From: a virus
Strand: one strand, 5' to 3'
Length of the DNA: 36,373 nucleotides
UHGV virus genome: UHGV-0172241
In this document: piece by piece, positions 7,700 through 16,174 of the stretch
Numbering within the stretch: the stretch's first letter is position 1
Layout of the letters: each line of letters opens with the position of its first letter
Program-made: the position numbers and the translations under genes
The notes under the pieces: model-generated
The model's database searches: none
What the model was told of the DNA's origin: nothing
Seen by the model: the letters and a program-made list of their open reading frames with translations, nothing else

Positions 7700-8058
7700 T
7701 GCCTATGACTAAACAGCAAGCCTTAGATGTTATCAAAACAATTAGGCAAGTCTATAACTTAGATTTTGACAGATCAAAATTAGAAACATGGGTCAATATA
7801 TTGAGTGAGAATGGAGACTATGAACCGACTGTTAAAGCGGTTATGCAATATATCAATGATTTAAAACCATATCCTCCAAGTATACCTAATATCATGCGTA
7901 AAAAAGTAAAGGTTGTTAAAGAAGAACCTATAGACGAGAGAACAGCTAAGCACCGCTGGAGAATGAAGAATGATCCAGAATATCGAGCTAAAAGAAAAAA
8001 AGTGCTGGACGACTTCAAAAAGAAATTACATGAATTTGAGGTGGGAAGCGATGAATGA
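7699..8058 (+). CDS. hypothetical protein, possible helicase loader (G39P-like by size and position)
   Basis: 119 aa, between the organizer and DnaB, matching the SPP1 G38P-G39P-G40P gene order. No motif-level support. Confidence 0.4.
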   Translation: MPMTKQQALDVIKTIRQVYNLDFDRSKLETWVNILSENGDYEPTVKAVMQYINDLKPYPPSIPNIMRKKVKVVKEEPIDERTAKHRWRMKNDPEYRAKRKKVLDDFKKKLHEFEVGSDE

Positions 8059-9286
8059 AAGATATGAGATAGAAAGTACTATCATCGCGAGCTTGCTTAA
8101 GAAACCCGAATTACTCGAAAAATTGCGTGTTAAGTCTGGAATGTTTAAAAACGAAAAGCTGCGCGGCTTTATAGATTACGTTTTAGAAATTGGGAAAGTC
8201 GACCATAACGAAATTTATTTAAAAACAACTAAAGATAAAGAGTTTTTGGACTTTCAAACAATTCAATACTTATATAACTCGGATTTTATAGGTTACGGAC
8301 TTTTTGAAAGATACCAACAAGATTTATTAAATCTTTATCAAATTGATAAAACACAAGAAGTGCTTAGTGAGTTTAATACAAATCCAAACATTAACAACTT
8401 TGAAGAAATGTTAAACAAACTACAAAAAGTGAGCTTAATAAGCGCAACAGATGAAAGTGGTACCAAACAAATCGTAGATAATTTCATCGAAGAATTGTAC
8501 AGCGAAGAACCGAAACAACAAATTCATACAGGTTACAAACTAATGGATTACAAAATAGGCGGTTTAGAGCCCACACAGCTCGTTGTAATAGCTGCTAGGC
8601 CTTCAGTAGGTAAAACAGGATTTGCGCTTAATATGATGCTTAATATTGCTTCTCAAGGCTATAAAACGTCGTTCTTTAGTTTAGAGACGACAGGTGTATC
8701 TGTATTAAAGCGTATGTTGTCAGCTGAAACAGGAATAGAGCTTACTAGAATAAAAGAAATTAAAGATCTAGAACCAGAAGAATTAACAAGATTAACTGAT
8801 GCTGCAGATAAATTTATAAAGCTAGACATAGATATACACGATAAAAGTAACATCACGGTGCACGACGTACGTAAACAGGCTTTAAAGAGCAAAGAGACCC
8901 AACAGTTAATATTTATCGATTATCTACAATTGATGCAAACAGACAGCAAATTAGACCGTAGAAACGGTATTGAAAAGATATCTCGGGATTTAAAGGTTAT
9001 AGCTAACGAAACAGGCGCAATTATCATCTTGCTGTCGCAGTTGAGCAGAGGTGTTGAAAGTCGAAACGACAAAAGGCCGATGTTGTCCGATATGAAAGAA
9101 GCAGGCGGCATTGAAGCAGACGCTAGTTTAGCAATGCTGTTGTATAGAGATGACTATTACAACCATGATGAGGTCGATGTATCAGGCAAATCAATTGTTG
9201 AATGTAATATCGCAAAAAACAAAGACGGCGAAACGGGAATTGTCGAGTTTGAATACTATAAAAAGACACAAAGGTTCTTCACATGA
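8051..9286 (+). CDS. replicative DNA helicase, DnaB family
   Basis: Walker A motif ARPSVGKTGFALN and a RecA-like C-terminal domain. The ATG at 8051 is preceded by GAGGTGGG. The ORF track starts earlier at 7970. Confidence 0.85.
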   Translation: MNERYEIESTIIASLLKKPELLEKLRVKSGMFKNEKLRGFIDYVLEIGKVDHNEIYLKTTKDKEFLDFQTIQYLYNSDFIGYGLFERYQQDLLNLYQIDKTQEVLSEFNTNPNINNFEEMLNKLQKVSLISATDESGTKQIVDNFIEELYSEEPKQQIHTGYKLMDYKIGGLEPTQLVVIAARPSVGKTGFALNMMLNIASQGYKTSFFSLETTGVSVLKRMLSAETGIELTRIKEIKDLEPEELTRLTDAADKFIKLDIDIHDKSNITVHDVRKQALKSKETQQLIFIDYLQLMQTDSKLDRRNGIEKISRDLKVIANETGAIIILLSQLSRGVESRNDKRPMLSDMKEAGGIEADASLAMLLYRDDYYNHDEVDVSGKSIVECNIAKNKDGETGIVEFEYYKKTQRFFT

Positions 9287-9510
9287 CAATTATTGAATTA
9301 CAGAAACGATTAGGCGATTTGTACAGAAACGATTGTAAAAACTTAGAACCAGCAAGGTCAGATATTTTAGAAATGGGTTTTGCTATCAAAAGGTTGTTAG
9401 AAAAAAGAGAGCTGTCGCCTTTCGATAATGATAAAAAATCTATGGATAAGATTTTTAATGAGATGAATTGGAACAAACTGATAAAAGAGGTTGATAAACA
9501 TGGGGATTAG
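9283..9510 (+). CDS. hypothetical protein (75 aa)
   Basis: ATGA start/stop overlap with the helicase gene. Confidence 0.5.
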   Translation: MTIIELQKRLGDLYRNDCKNLEPARSDILEMGFAIKRLLEKRELSPFDNDKKSMDKIFNEMNWNKLIKEVDKHGD

Positions 9511-9742
9511 AGAAAATCAACCGAAAGCTTATAACTTGTATGAGAGCGACGGTTGGAAGATGTTGAGAGTATTGCCGAGAGACGATAAAACATTTTATTT
9601 GGCAAATTTGGGCGGAATGAAGACGAAAGATTTTAAAGAATATGTAACTAATGACGAATTAGCGAAGATAAAACGTAAACATAAATTATTTAGAAAAGAA
9701 GAATTGCAGCAACAGACTACAATTGATGATTACTTATTTTGA
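9500..9742 (+). CDS. hypothetical protein (about 80 aa)
   Basis: RBS AAAGAGG upstream of the ATG at about 9500. Confidence 0.45.
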   Translation: MGIRENQPKAYNLYESDGWKMLRVLPRDDKTFYLANLGGMKTKDFKEYVTNDELAKIKRKHKLFRKEELQQQTTIDDYLF

Positions 9743-9749
9743 GGTGGGA

Positions 9750-10158
9750 CATGCAATTAGAAATTAAATTTAATGACGTGTTTGAGGCACCTATTGGCTC
9801 GCCTCGTCCACGTTTTAGAAATAGTGGTAAATTTGTTCAAACTTACATGCCAGCAGCTTATACAAAGCATAAAGAGTATATAAAAGAGCAAATGCCTAAA
9901 TTGATGATAGAAAGTAAATTAAAAGTATCTCTATTGTTTTGCTTTGAACCTCCTAAAAGTTGGAGCAAAAAGAAGAAAACAACAGCAATCGGACAGTATA
10001 AGCACACTAAGCCAGATATAGACAATTTGATTAAAACAGTATTAGACGCTGCTAACAGCCATTTATGGAAAGATGACAATCAAATTGTGGAAATACACAG
10101 TTTGAAAAAATTTGCAGAACAAGCAAAAGTCATAATGAGTTTGGAGGAAGTTGAATGA
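9750..10158 (+). CDS. rusA: RusA-family Holliday junction resolvase
   Basis: ...KPDIDNLIKTVLDAANSHLWKDDNQIVEI... matches the RusA catalytic Asp region. RBS GAGGTGGG upstream. Confidence 0.8.
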
Positions 10159-10469
10159 GAGCATTAGACTTAATCGAAGAATTGCAAGATGCAATGGAAC
10201 ATTACGGCAATTTCGACATAAAAACAGAACGAAATGAAGACGTCGAGCTAAAACACGTTTATTCGTTTCAGCCGGAAGCAACAGCAGTCATCAATGTCAA
10301 GGGCCGTATGCCAATGGTTAACCTAAACGGCAAACGTTACAGATTATGTGATGTATATAAATATTTTGATGTGGCAGATAGCACGGTTAGAAAGCGATAT
10401 AAACAAGGCCTTAGAGGCGCGGAACTGATTTACGGCAAAGGCCACTACTTTTTTGAGGGAGATAATTAA
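10155..10469 (+). CDS. hypothetical protein (104 aa)
   Basis: Translationally coupled (ATGA overlap). Confidence 0.5.
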   Translation: MRALDLIEELQDAMEHYGNFDIKTERNEDVELKHVYSFQPEATAVINVKGRMPMVNLNGKRYRLCDVYKYFDVADSTVRKRYKQGLRGAELIYGKGHYFFEGDN

Positions 10470-10471
10470 AA

Positions 10472-10723
10472 ATGGTGCAAATATATGAAAGAAATGAGGG
10501 TTCTCTATCCTCAAGACAGTTGTATTTAATACAACAAGCAGAGCGTAGACACGAACGTATGTTGATGTTGAAACGCAAAGAGCAGCGAGCAGAAAAAGAG
10601 AGACGCAGCAAAGAGTTAGTAAAGCAGCATAAAGTGAAAAGCGAGTGGTTCGACCACTTATGTAAGAATAACTTGTTAGCAAAACTGAAAACTGACTGCT
10701 ACGGCAGAGACCAAAGGGGTTAA
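10472..10723 (+). CDS. hypothetical basic coiled-coil protein (83 aa)
   Basis: RBS GAGGGAG upstream. Lys/Arg/Glu-rich. Confidence 0.5.
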   Translation: MVQIYERNEGSLSSRQLYLIQQAERRHERMLMLKRKEQRAEKERRSKELVKQHKVKSEWFDHLCKNNLLAKLKTDCYGRDQRG

Positions 10724-10728
10724 AACGT

Positions 10729-11154
10729 ATGACTAGTATAAAAGAGTTAAATATTGGCGACTATATCATGTTCAGAAGAGATAACGATAATAACAGTTAT
10801 CCTGGAGAGGTTTTACTAAAAGGGCATATGACAGGTCAAGACACGTTTAAGACATTTGCACGTGTCAAAGTAGGTAACTTAACAGAACCGGTAATGATAA
10901 CTGATGACGATGATTTTACAGTTGTAGAGAAGACAGAGGATAACGTAAATAGTCCATCACACTACAATTACGGCGATATAGAGGTTATAGACTATTGCGA
11001 CCAAGTGTGTAAACAGTATTCGCCAGAATTAGCACCATATGTGTTTAACGCAATCAAATATTTGAGCAGAGCAAACCACAAAGGCGGTAAAAATGATATA
11101 GCTAAAGCTAAATATTATATTCAAAGACTATTTGATAAGTGGGAGGGCGACTAA
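10729..11154 (+). CDS. DUF3310-like phage protein
   Basis: The SPSHYNYGDIEVIDY motif is typical of the DUF3310 family. Confidence 0.5.
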   Translation: MTSIKELNIGDYIMFRRDNDNNSYPGEVLLKGHMTGQDTFKTFARVKVGNLTEPVMITDDDDFTVVEKTEDNVNSPSHYNYGDIEVIDYCDQVCKQYSPELAPYVFNAIKYLSRANHKGGKNDIAKAKYYIQRLFDKWEGD

Positions 11155-11426
11155 TGACTAAACGTGAACAAATAAAACAAGCAATTATAAGTGCAAGCGC
11201 GTTTACTGGAAATGATACAGAAGAGTTGTTACGAGAGGTGGATAAAGTATATAAGAAAGCTAATAAATTCGATGAGATAAGCGCATACATTATAAGTAAA
11301 ATAGACGATCTTACAATACGTCAAGAGCAAGCGCCAAGTGCTAACAAATTCGAGTATTTCGGAAACTTATTAACTGCATTTAAAGTAATAAAAAATAAAA
11401 TAAACAAATTGGAGCGTGTGGAGTAA
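11154..11426 (+). CDS. hypothetical protein (about 90 aa)
   Basis: RBS GGGAGGG upstream of the ATG at about 11154. Confidence 0.5.
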   Translation: MTKREQIKQAIISASAFTGNDTEELLREVDKVYKKANKFDEISAYIISKIDDLTIRQEQAPSANKFEYFGNLLTAFKVIKNKINKLERVE

Positions 11427-11782
11427 TGATTGATAACGCTAAAGGTATAACAACTAAACAAATTGAGAAAAATATAAACGACAATAAATATTATAATTAT
11501 GAAGATTTACACCAATTAGCTGCTGAATTAGTTTTAAAAGACACTCATAACACTACACCAATTGTTGAATGTGATGGAGATTATGAAGGGGAAATATATT
11601 GCACATTCAAATCTAAAGTGAATGGTATTCCTGATGTTAAGACAATGGATTTTTATGGCACATGCCCTTTTTGTGACACATTAGAAGGTGTTTATGATGG
11701 AGACAATATTAAAAACGATTTAGCTACTATGGTATTACACGTCATCCAATCAATGAACGAACAAATAGAGGAGAAACAATAA
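11426..11782 (+). CDS. hypothetical protein with CxxxxD...CPFCD Cys cluster (possible zinc ribbon)
   Basis: Coupled start. Cys pattern C...C...CPFC. Confidence 0.5.
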   Translation: MIDNAKGITTKQIEKNINDNKYYNYEDLHQLAAELVLKDTHNTTPIVECDGDYEGEIYCTFKSKVNGIPDVKTMDFYGTCPFCDTLEGVYDGDNIKNDLATMVLHVIQSMNEQIEEKQ

Positions 11783-11967
11783 TGACTAATCAATTAGATA
11801 CATTAATAGCATTAAGCAAAGAATACACTAGACTACTTGAGAAACGTAGAGAAATAGAACCTAACATATTTTCGTATGAGCCGAAAATTCCAACGTCAAG
11901 AATAAAACGTACCGGAATAGTATTAAGACAAACAATGATAGATTACGAGAATGGGAGAGTGAAATAA
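11782..11967 (+). CDS. hypothetical protein (61 aa)
   Basis: Coupled ATGA-style overlaps on both sides. Confidence 0.45.
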   Translation: MTNQLDTLIALSKEYTRLLEKRREIEPNIFSYEPKIPTSRIKRTGIVLRQTMIDYENGRVK

Positions 11968-12479
11968 TGAGTAATCAATTAGAAATTAAACTGCTTTCAG
12001 ATAATGCAACAATGCCGACACGAGAAAGATTGGACGCAGGATATGACATTTATTCTGCTGAAACAATGATACTTGAGCCGCAAGAGAAAGCAGTAATTAA
12101 AACGGATGTAGCTGTTAACATACCAGAGGGGTATGTGGGATTGTTAACTAGTCGGAGTGGTGTAAGTAGTAAAACACATTTAGTAATTGAGACAGGCAAG
12201 ATTGACGCAGGGTTTCAAGGTAATATGAAGATTAATATTAAGAATGATAAACAGTCTTTACCACCTAAATATATTCAAGACTTCATGTTAAATACTAAAG
12301 GCGAAGAAATTTCAACGCCAAAACATGATATCAGATTAGGTACTTATGAAATCAACAAAGGCGACAAGCTCGCACAACTGGTTATTGTACCTATTTGGAC
12401 GCCAGAGTTAAAAGAAGTAAAGGAGTTTAGTTATGTGTCAGAGAGAGGCGAGAAAGGTTTTGGAAGTACTGGTTATTAA
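11967..12479 (+). CDS. dut: dUTPase (trimeric dUTP nucleotidohydrolase)
   Basis: Conserved dUTPase motifs (...RSGVSSK..., ...GKIDAGFQGN..., C-terminal ...RGEKGFGSTGY) with an extra insertion between motifs, as in staphylococcal phage Dut. Confidence 0.9.
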   Translation: MSNQLEIKLLSDNATMPTRERLDAGYDIYSAETMILEPQEKAVIKTDVAVNIPEGYVGLLTSRSGVSSKTHLVIETGKIDAGFQGNMKINIKNDKQSLPPKYIQDFMLNTKGEEISTPKHDIRLGTYEINKGDKLAQLVIVPIWTPELKEVKEFSYVSERGEKGFGSTGY

Positions 12480-12482
12480 GGA

Positions 12483-13145
12483 GTGGTAGTTTTGATTAAA
12501 GAAAATCTGATAGGAAATAGGTACGGAAAGTTAATCGCTAAAGAACGTTTAATCAAAGAAATCGGTAAGGCTAAAACAAAGACTGCATATTACAGATGCA
12601 TTTGCGACTGTGGAGAAGAAAAGGTTGTAAGGAACGACAAGTTAAAGAACGGACAGACACGGTCATGTGGGTGTGAAAGAAATTTAAATCTTGTAAATAA
12701 AACTTTTGGAAAATTAAAGGTATTGAAGAAATTAAAAATCAAAAATAGAACTATGTATCTGTGTTTATGTAAATGCGGTAACAAAATAGCTGTAAGAAAC
12801 GATAGTTTAATGAGTGGTAAGACACAAAGTTGCGGTTGTTTAGTATACGAAAATTCAATTAGACGAACTCACAACAAAAGTAATACTAGGTTATATCGTA
12901 TTTATCGACATATGATAGACAGATGTTATAACTCAAACAATAACAGATGGAAAAGATACGGCGGTAGAGGGATAACAATTTGTGACGAGTGGCGAAATGA
13001 TTTCGAAACTTTCTATGAATGGGCGGTTAACAATGGATACAGTAAAGAATTATCAATAGATAGGATTGACAATAATGGGAACTATGAACCATCGAATTGC
13101 AGATGGGCTACAGCAAAACAGCAAGCCAACAACAGAGGATACTAA
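12483..13145 (+). CDS. HNH/AP2-like DNA-binding protein with duplicated N-terminal Cys4 repeats
   Basis: Two repeats of the G-x-YGKL...C-x-C-x-CG...V-R-N-D...SCGC pattern. The C-terminal ...[24 protein letters not shown]... region resembles the AP2/HNH_3 domain. Confidence 0.55.
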   Translation: MVVLIKENLIGNRYGKLIAKERLIKEIGKAKTKTAYYRCICDCGEEKVVRNDKLKNGQTRSCGCERNLNLVNKTFGKLKVLKKLKIKNRTMYLCLCKCGNKIAVRNDSLMSGKTQSCGCLVYENSIRRTHNKSNTRLYRIYRHMIDRCYNSNNNRWKRYGGRGITICDEWRNDFETFYEWAVNNGYSKELSIDRIDNNGNYEPSNCRWATAKQQANNRGY

Positions 13146-13182
13146 AAATATATATGAAAGAGTGAAAGAGGTGCTTAGGAAG

Positions 13183-13329
13183 TGACACAATTTCTAATAA
13201 CAGAGATAAAACACGGGCAAGAAACGTTTGTCGATATAACTAAGCCGCACGATAACGAGACATACACACTTGTAGAGGCAGAGAATGCAGAAGATGCGAG
13301 ACGTAAATATGAGGAGGGCTACAATGATT
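13183..13329 (+). CDS. small ORF (48 aa, GTG start)
   Basis: Hand-derived. Weak RBS AGGAAG. Confidence 0.25.
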
Positions 13330-13506
13330 AAACGTATTTTAAAGGTATGGTTTACTATCGCAATGTATGAACTAGGTAAGTGGATTGGTAGAGAGTTGTA
13401 TTACAAGTTGAGTGCTAATGATGAGGTGGATATTGCGCTAAACGACTATGCGAGAATAACAGATCAGTATGACTTGGATGAAATAAAGAAGGTGTTTATA
13501 GAATGA
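13324..13506 (+). CDS. small membrane protein (about 60 aa)
   Basis: RBS GAGGAGGG upstream of the ATG at about 13324. The track ORF is 13285..13506. Hydrophobic helix. Confidence 0.45.
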   Translation: MIKRILKVWFTIAMYELGKWIGRELYYKLSANDEVDIALNDYARITDQYDLDEIKKVFIE

Positions 13507-13631
13507 TGTGGTTAGTCATAGCTATTATATTGTTAGTAATACTTGTATTCGGCTGCATGTTAGAACAAAACGAGTTAAAGCACAAGATAGAGATGAAAGA
13601 ATATGAAATCGAAGTGTTAAGAGATAAGCTA
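13503..13631 (+). CDS. small membrane peptide (about 42 aa)
   Basis: ATGA overlap with the previous gene. Hand-translated MMWLVIAILLLVILVFGCML... The exact end is uncertain. Confidence 0.3.
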
Positions 13632-13648
13632 AAAAACGGAGGGTCATT

Positions 13649-14065
13649 ATGATAGTTATTCAAAAGCATGACATCAAGAAGCTTGAAGACTACATAAAGA
13701 ATATAGAGGAATACCGCAAAGAATTTCTGATGCGTGGATATGAGTTAATGGAAAACCACGAGCCAGAGAATGTAGGTGCTGGCAAGAGTAATTTACCGGG
13801 AAATCCTATTGAGAGAGAGACGGTTAAGAAGTTGAGTGATAATAGATATGTAATGCTGCGCAACGTGGTCAAAGGTGTAGATAAGCTTATATTTGAAGCT
13901 GACGAAGATACTAAAGACTTAATACGATTAAGATACTGGGAGTGTCCTATTGGATGCTACGAATGGGAAGACATCGCTAACTACTTTGGTATTAGTAAAA
14001 CGAGTGTATTAAGACGTAGAGATGCGATGATTAGTAGGTTAGCCGAGTTTATAGGATACGTATAG
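13649..14065 (+). CDS. rinA: RinA/ArpU-family late-gene transcriptional activator
   Basis: 138 aa, immediately upstream of terS. The C-terminal ...ISKTSVLRRRDAMISRLAEFIG region is a sigma-70 region-4-like HTH typical of the RinA family. Confidence 0.7.
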   Translation: MIVIQKHDIKKLEDYIKNIEEYRKEFLMRGYELMENHEPENVGAGKSNLPGNPIERETVKKLSDNRYVMLRNVVKGVDKLIFEADEDTKDLIRLRYWECPIGCYEWEDIANYFGISKTSVLRRRDAMISRLAEFIGYV

Positions 14066-14090
14066 CGGACTTTTGAGGTATGTAAGTCCG
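14066..14090 (+). terminator. hairpin after rinA (weak terminator or attenuator)
   Basis: Stem CGGACTT/AAGTCCG with an 11-nt loop and a poor U-tract (GTTTG). Confidence 0.35.
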
Positions 14091-14301
14091 GTTTGAAAAG
14101 GCTTATCATGGTATTGTGAACGAACCGCCGTAACAAGACGTTGTCTTATGGCAGAGACTTCACAAGCTAATGGTATTTTTAGTTTATATGTTCGTCTCCT
14201 AATAAATTATGTTTAACTCCTATTAAGCTATTCGTGAGCAAACACGAGTAGCTTTTTAAATTTATAAAAAGATAATATCGTGAGAGTTGGTGGTAAATGA
14301 A

Positions 14302-14730
14302 ATGGGCAGAAGAACATTATATGAAAAATTAGATATAAAAGATAAACTAGATCTTGTTGAGGGATGGAAACGTGATGGTCTCACAGACGAACAAATAGCG
14401 CGAAATTTTGGCGTTAATTTTAAAACGGTTATGAAATGGAAAGAAGACCACTCGGAGTTTATGGAGGCCATAAAAAAGGGCAAAGAAGTTTCTGATTATG
14501 AATTAGAAAACGCATTGCATAAGAGAGCTACAGGCTACTACTACGAAGAAGAAACAGTCACTAATGCAGGTAAGGTTGTCAAAGTTAAAAAGTACGAGCA
14601 TGCTAACCCTACGTCACTTATATTTGCACTTAAAAACAGATTGCCGCACAAATACAGAGATAAAGTAGAACAGGAAATCACAAACCGTAACTTCGAAATT
14701 AAAATAGGTGATTATGATGACGAAAGTTAA
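14302..14730 (+). CDS. terS: terminase small subunit
   Basis: Position immediately before terL. An HTH-like N-terminus (..GLTDEQIARNFGVNFKTVMKW..) is typical of TerS. The track ORF starts at 14287 (TTG). The ATG at 14302 is the more likely start. Confidence 0.8.
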   Translation: MGRRTLYEKLDIKDKLDLVEGWKRDGLTDEQIARNFGVNFKTVMKWKEDHSEFMEAIKKGKEVSDYELENALHKRATGYYYEEETVTNAGKVVKVKKYEHANPTSLIFALKNRLPHKYRDKVEQEITNRNFEIKIGDYDDES

Positions 14731-16174
14731 ACTGCGGTTTGACAATCCCGCTAAAGTATTCAATCGTAATATATTTGATGTACTGTTCGATTACGATAAC
14801 TTTACTGAAGTGCATTATGGTGGTGGTTCAAGTGGTAAATCGCACGGGGTTATACAAAAAGTTGTGCTTAAAGCATTGAAAGATTGGAAGTATCCTAGAC
14901 GTATATTGTGGCTTAGAAAAGTTCAGTCTACAATTAAAGATAGTTTGTTCGAAGATGTGAAAGCATGTTTAATAAACTTTGGGATTTGGGATATGTGTCT
15001 TTGGAATAAGACTGATAACAAAGTAGTGTTGCCAAACGGCGCAGTTTTTTTGTTTAAAGGATTGGATAACCCAGAGAAAATAAAGTCGATTAAAGGTATA
15101 TCAGACATAGTGATGGAAGAAGCGTCTGAATTCACATTGAATGATTACACACAGTTGACATTGCGTTTGAGAGAACGCAAACACATCAACAAACAAATAT
15201 TCTTGATGTTTAACCCGGTTTCTAAATTGAACTGGGTTTATAAGTATTTCTTTGAGCATGATGAACCGATGGAAAATGTCATGATTAGACAATCTAGTTA
15301 TCGAGATAATAAGTTTCTTGATGAGATGACGCGTCAAAACTTAGAGTTGTTAGCAAATCGTAACCCTGCTTATTACAAAATATATGCTTTAGGAGAATTT
15401 GCGACACTTGATAAATTAGTTTTTCCTAAGTATAAAAAAAGACTGATTAACAAACAAGAGTTACTACATTTGCCCTCTTATTTCGGAATAGATTTCGGTT
15501 ATGTCAATGATCCTAGTGCGTTTGTTCATGTAAAAGTTGATACAGAAAATAAAAACCTCTACATTGTGGAAGAATATGTAAAAAAAGGTATGCTAAACAA
15601 CGAGATAGCCGACGTTATAAAAAATCTGGGATACTCAAAAGAAGTTATAACGGGGGATAGTGCAGAACAAAAAAGTATAGCAGAGATTAGTAATCACGGC
15701 ATATCACGTATTAGACCGGCTTTAAAAGGTAAAGATAGTATAATGGCTGGCATACAATTCCTTAGTCAATTCGATATCGTTATAGATGAACGTTGCTATA
15801 AAACTCTAGAGGAATTCGACAATTACACTTGGAAAAAAGATAAAAAAACAGAAGAATATTATAACGAACCCGTTGACACATACAATCACTGTGTAACAGG
15901 AGATACATTGATTAACACTACATCTGGAGCTAAGCCAATAAAAGAATTGGTAGGCACAGAAGGTAGTGTTTTTTGTTATGACGAAATAAATAAAGAAAAA
16001 GTAACGTCTAAATATTTTGATGTGCGTAAGACGAGAGAACAAGCTCTAGTATTCGAAATAGAAACGGAGAGTGGCAAGAAATTTAAAGCTACTAGTGATC
16101 ACTTAGTGTTAACCAAAGACGGTTGGAAGATGCTGAAAGAGCTGAATGTAAATGACGAAATAATAAAAGTTTAA
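14708..16174 (+). CDS. terL: terminase large subunit N-terminal part (N-extein 14708..15889) fused to an intein N-terminal splicing domain (15890..16171), closed by an in-frame TAA
   Basis: ATPase Walker A motif GGGSSGKS is present. The nuclease-region motif ...EPVDTYNH is followed by the intein block A CVTGDTLINTTSG and block B ATSDHLVLT. Confidence 0.85.
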   Translation: MIMMTKVKLRFDNPAKVFNRNIFDVLFDYDNFTEVHYGGGSSGKSHGVIQKVVLKALKDWKYPRRILWLRKVQSTIKDSLFEDVKACLINFGIWDMCLWNKTDNKVVLPNGAVFLFKGLDNPEKIKSIKGISDIVMEEASEFTLNDYTQLTLRLRERKHINKQIFLMFNPVSKLNWVYKYFFEHDEPMENVMIRQSSYRDNKFLDEMTRQNLELLANRNPAYYKIYALGEFATLDKLVFPKYKKRLINKQELLHLPSYFGIDFGYVNDPSAFVHVKVDTENKNLYIVEEYVKKGMLNNEIADVIKNLGYSKEVITGDSAEQKSIAEISNHGISRIRPALKGKDSIMAGIQFLSQFDIVIDERCYKTLEEFDNYTWKKDKKTEEYYNEPVDTYNHCVTGDTLINTTSGAKPIKELVGTEGSVFCYDEINKEKVTSKYFDVRKTREQALVFEIETESGKKFKATSDHLVLTKDGWKMLKELNVNDEIIKV

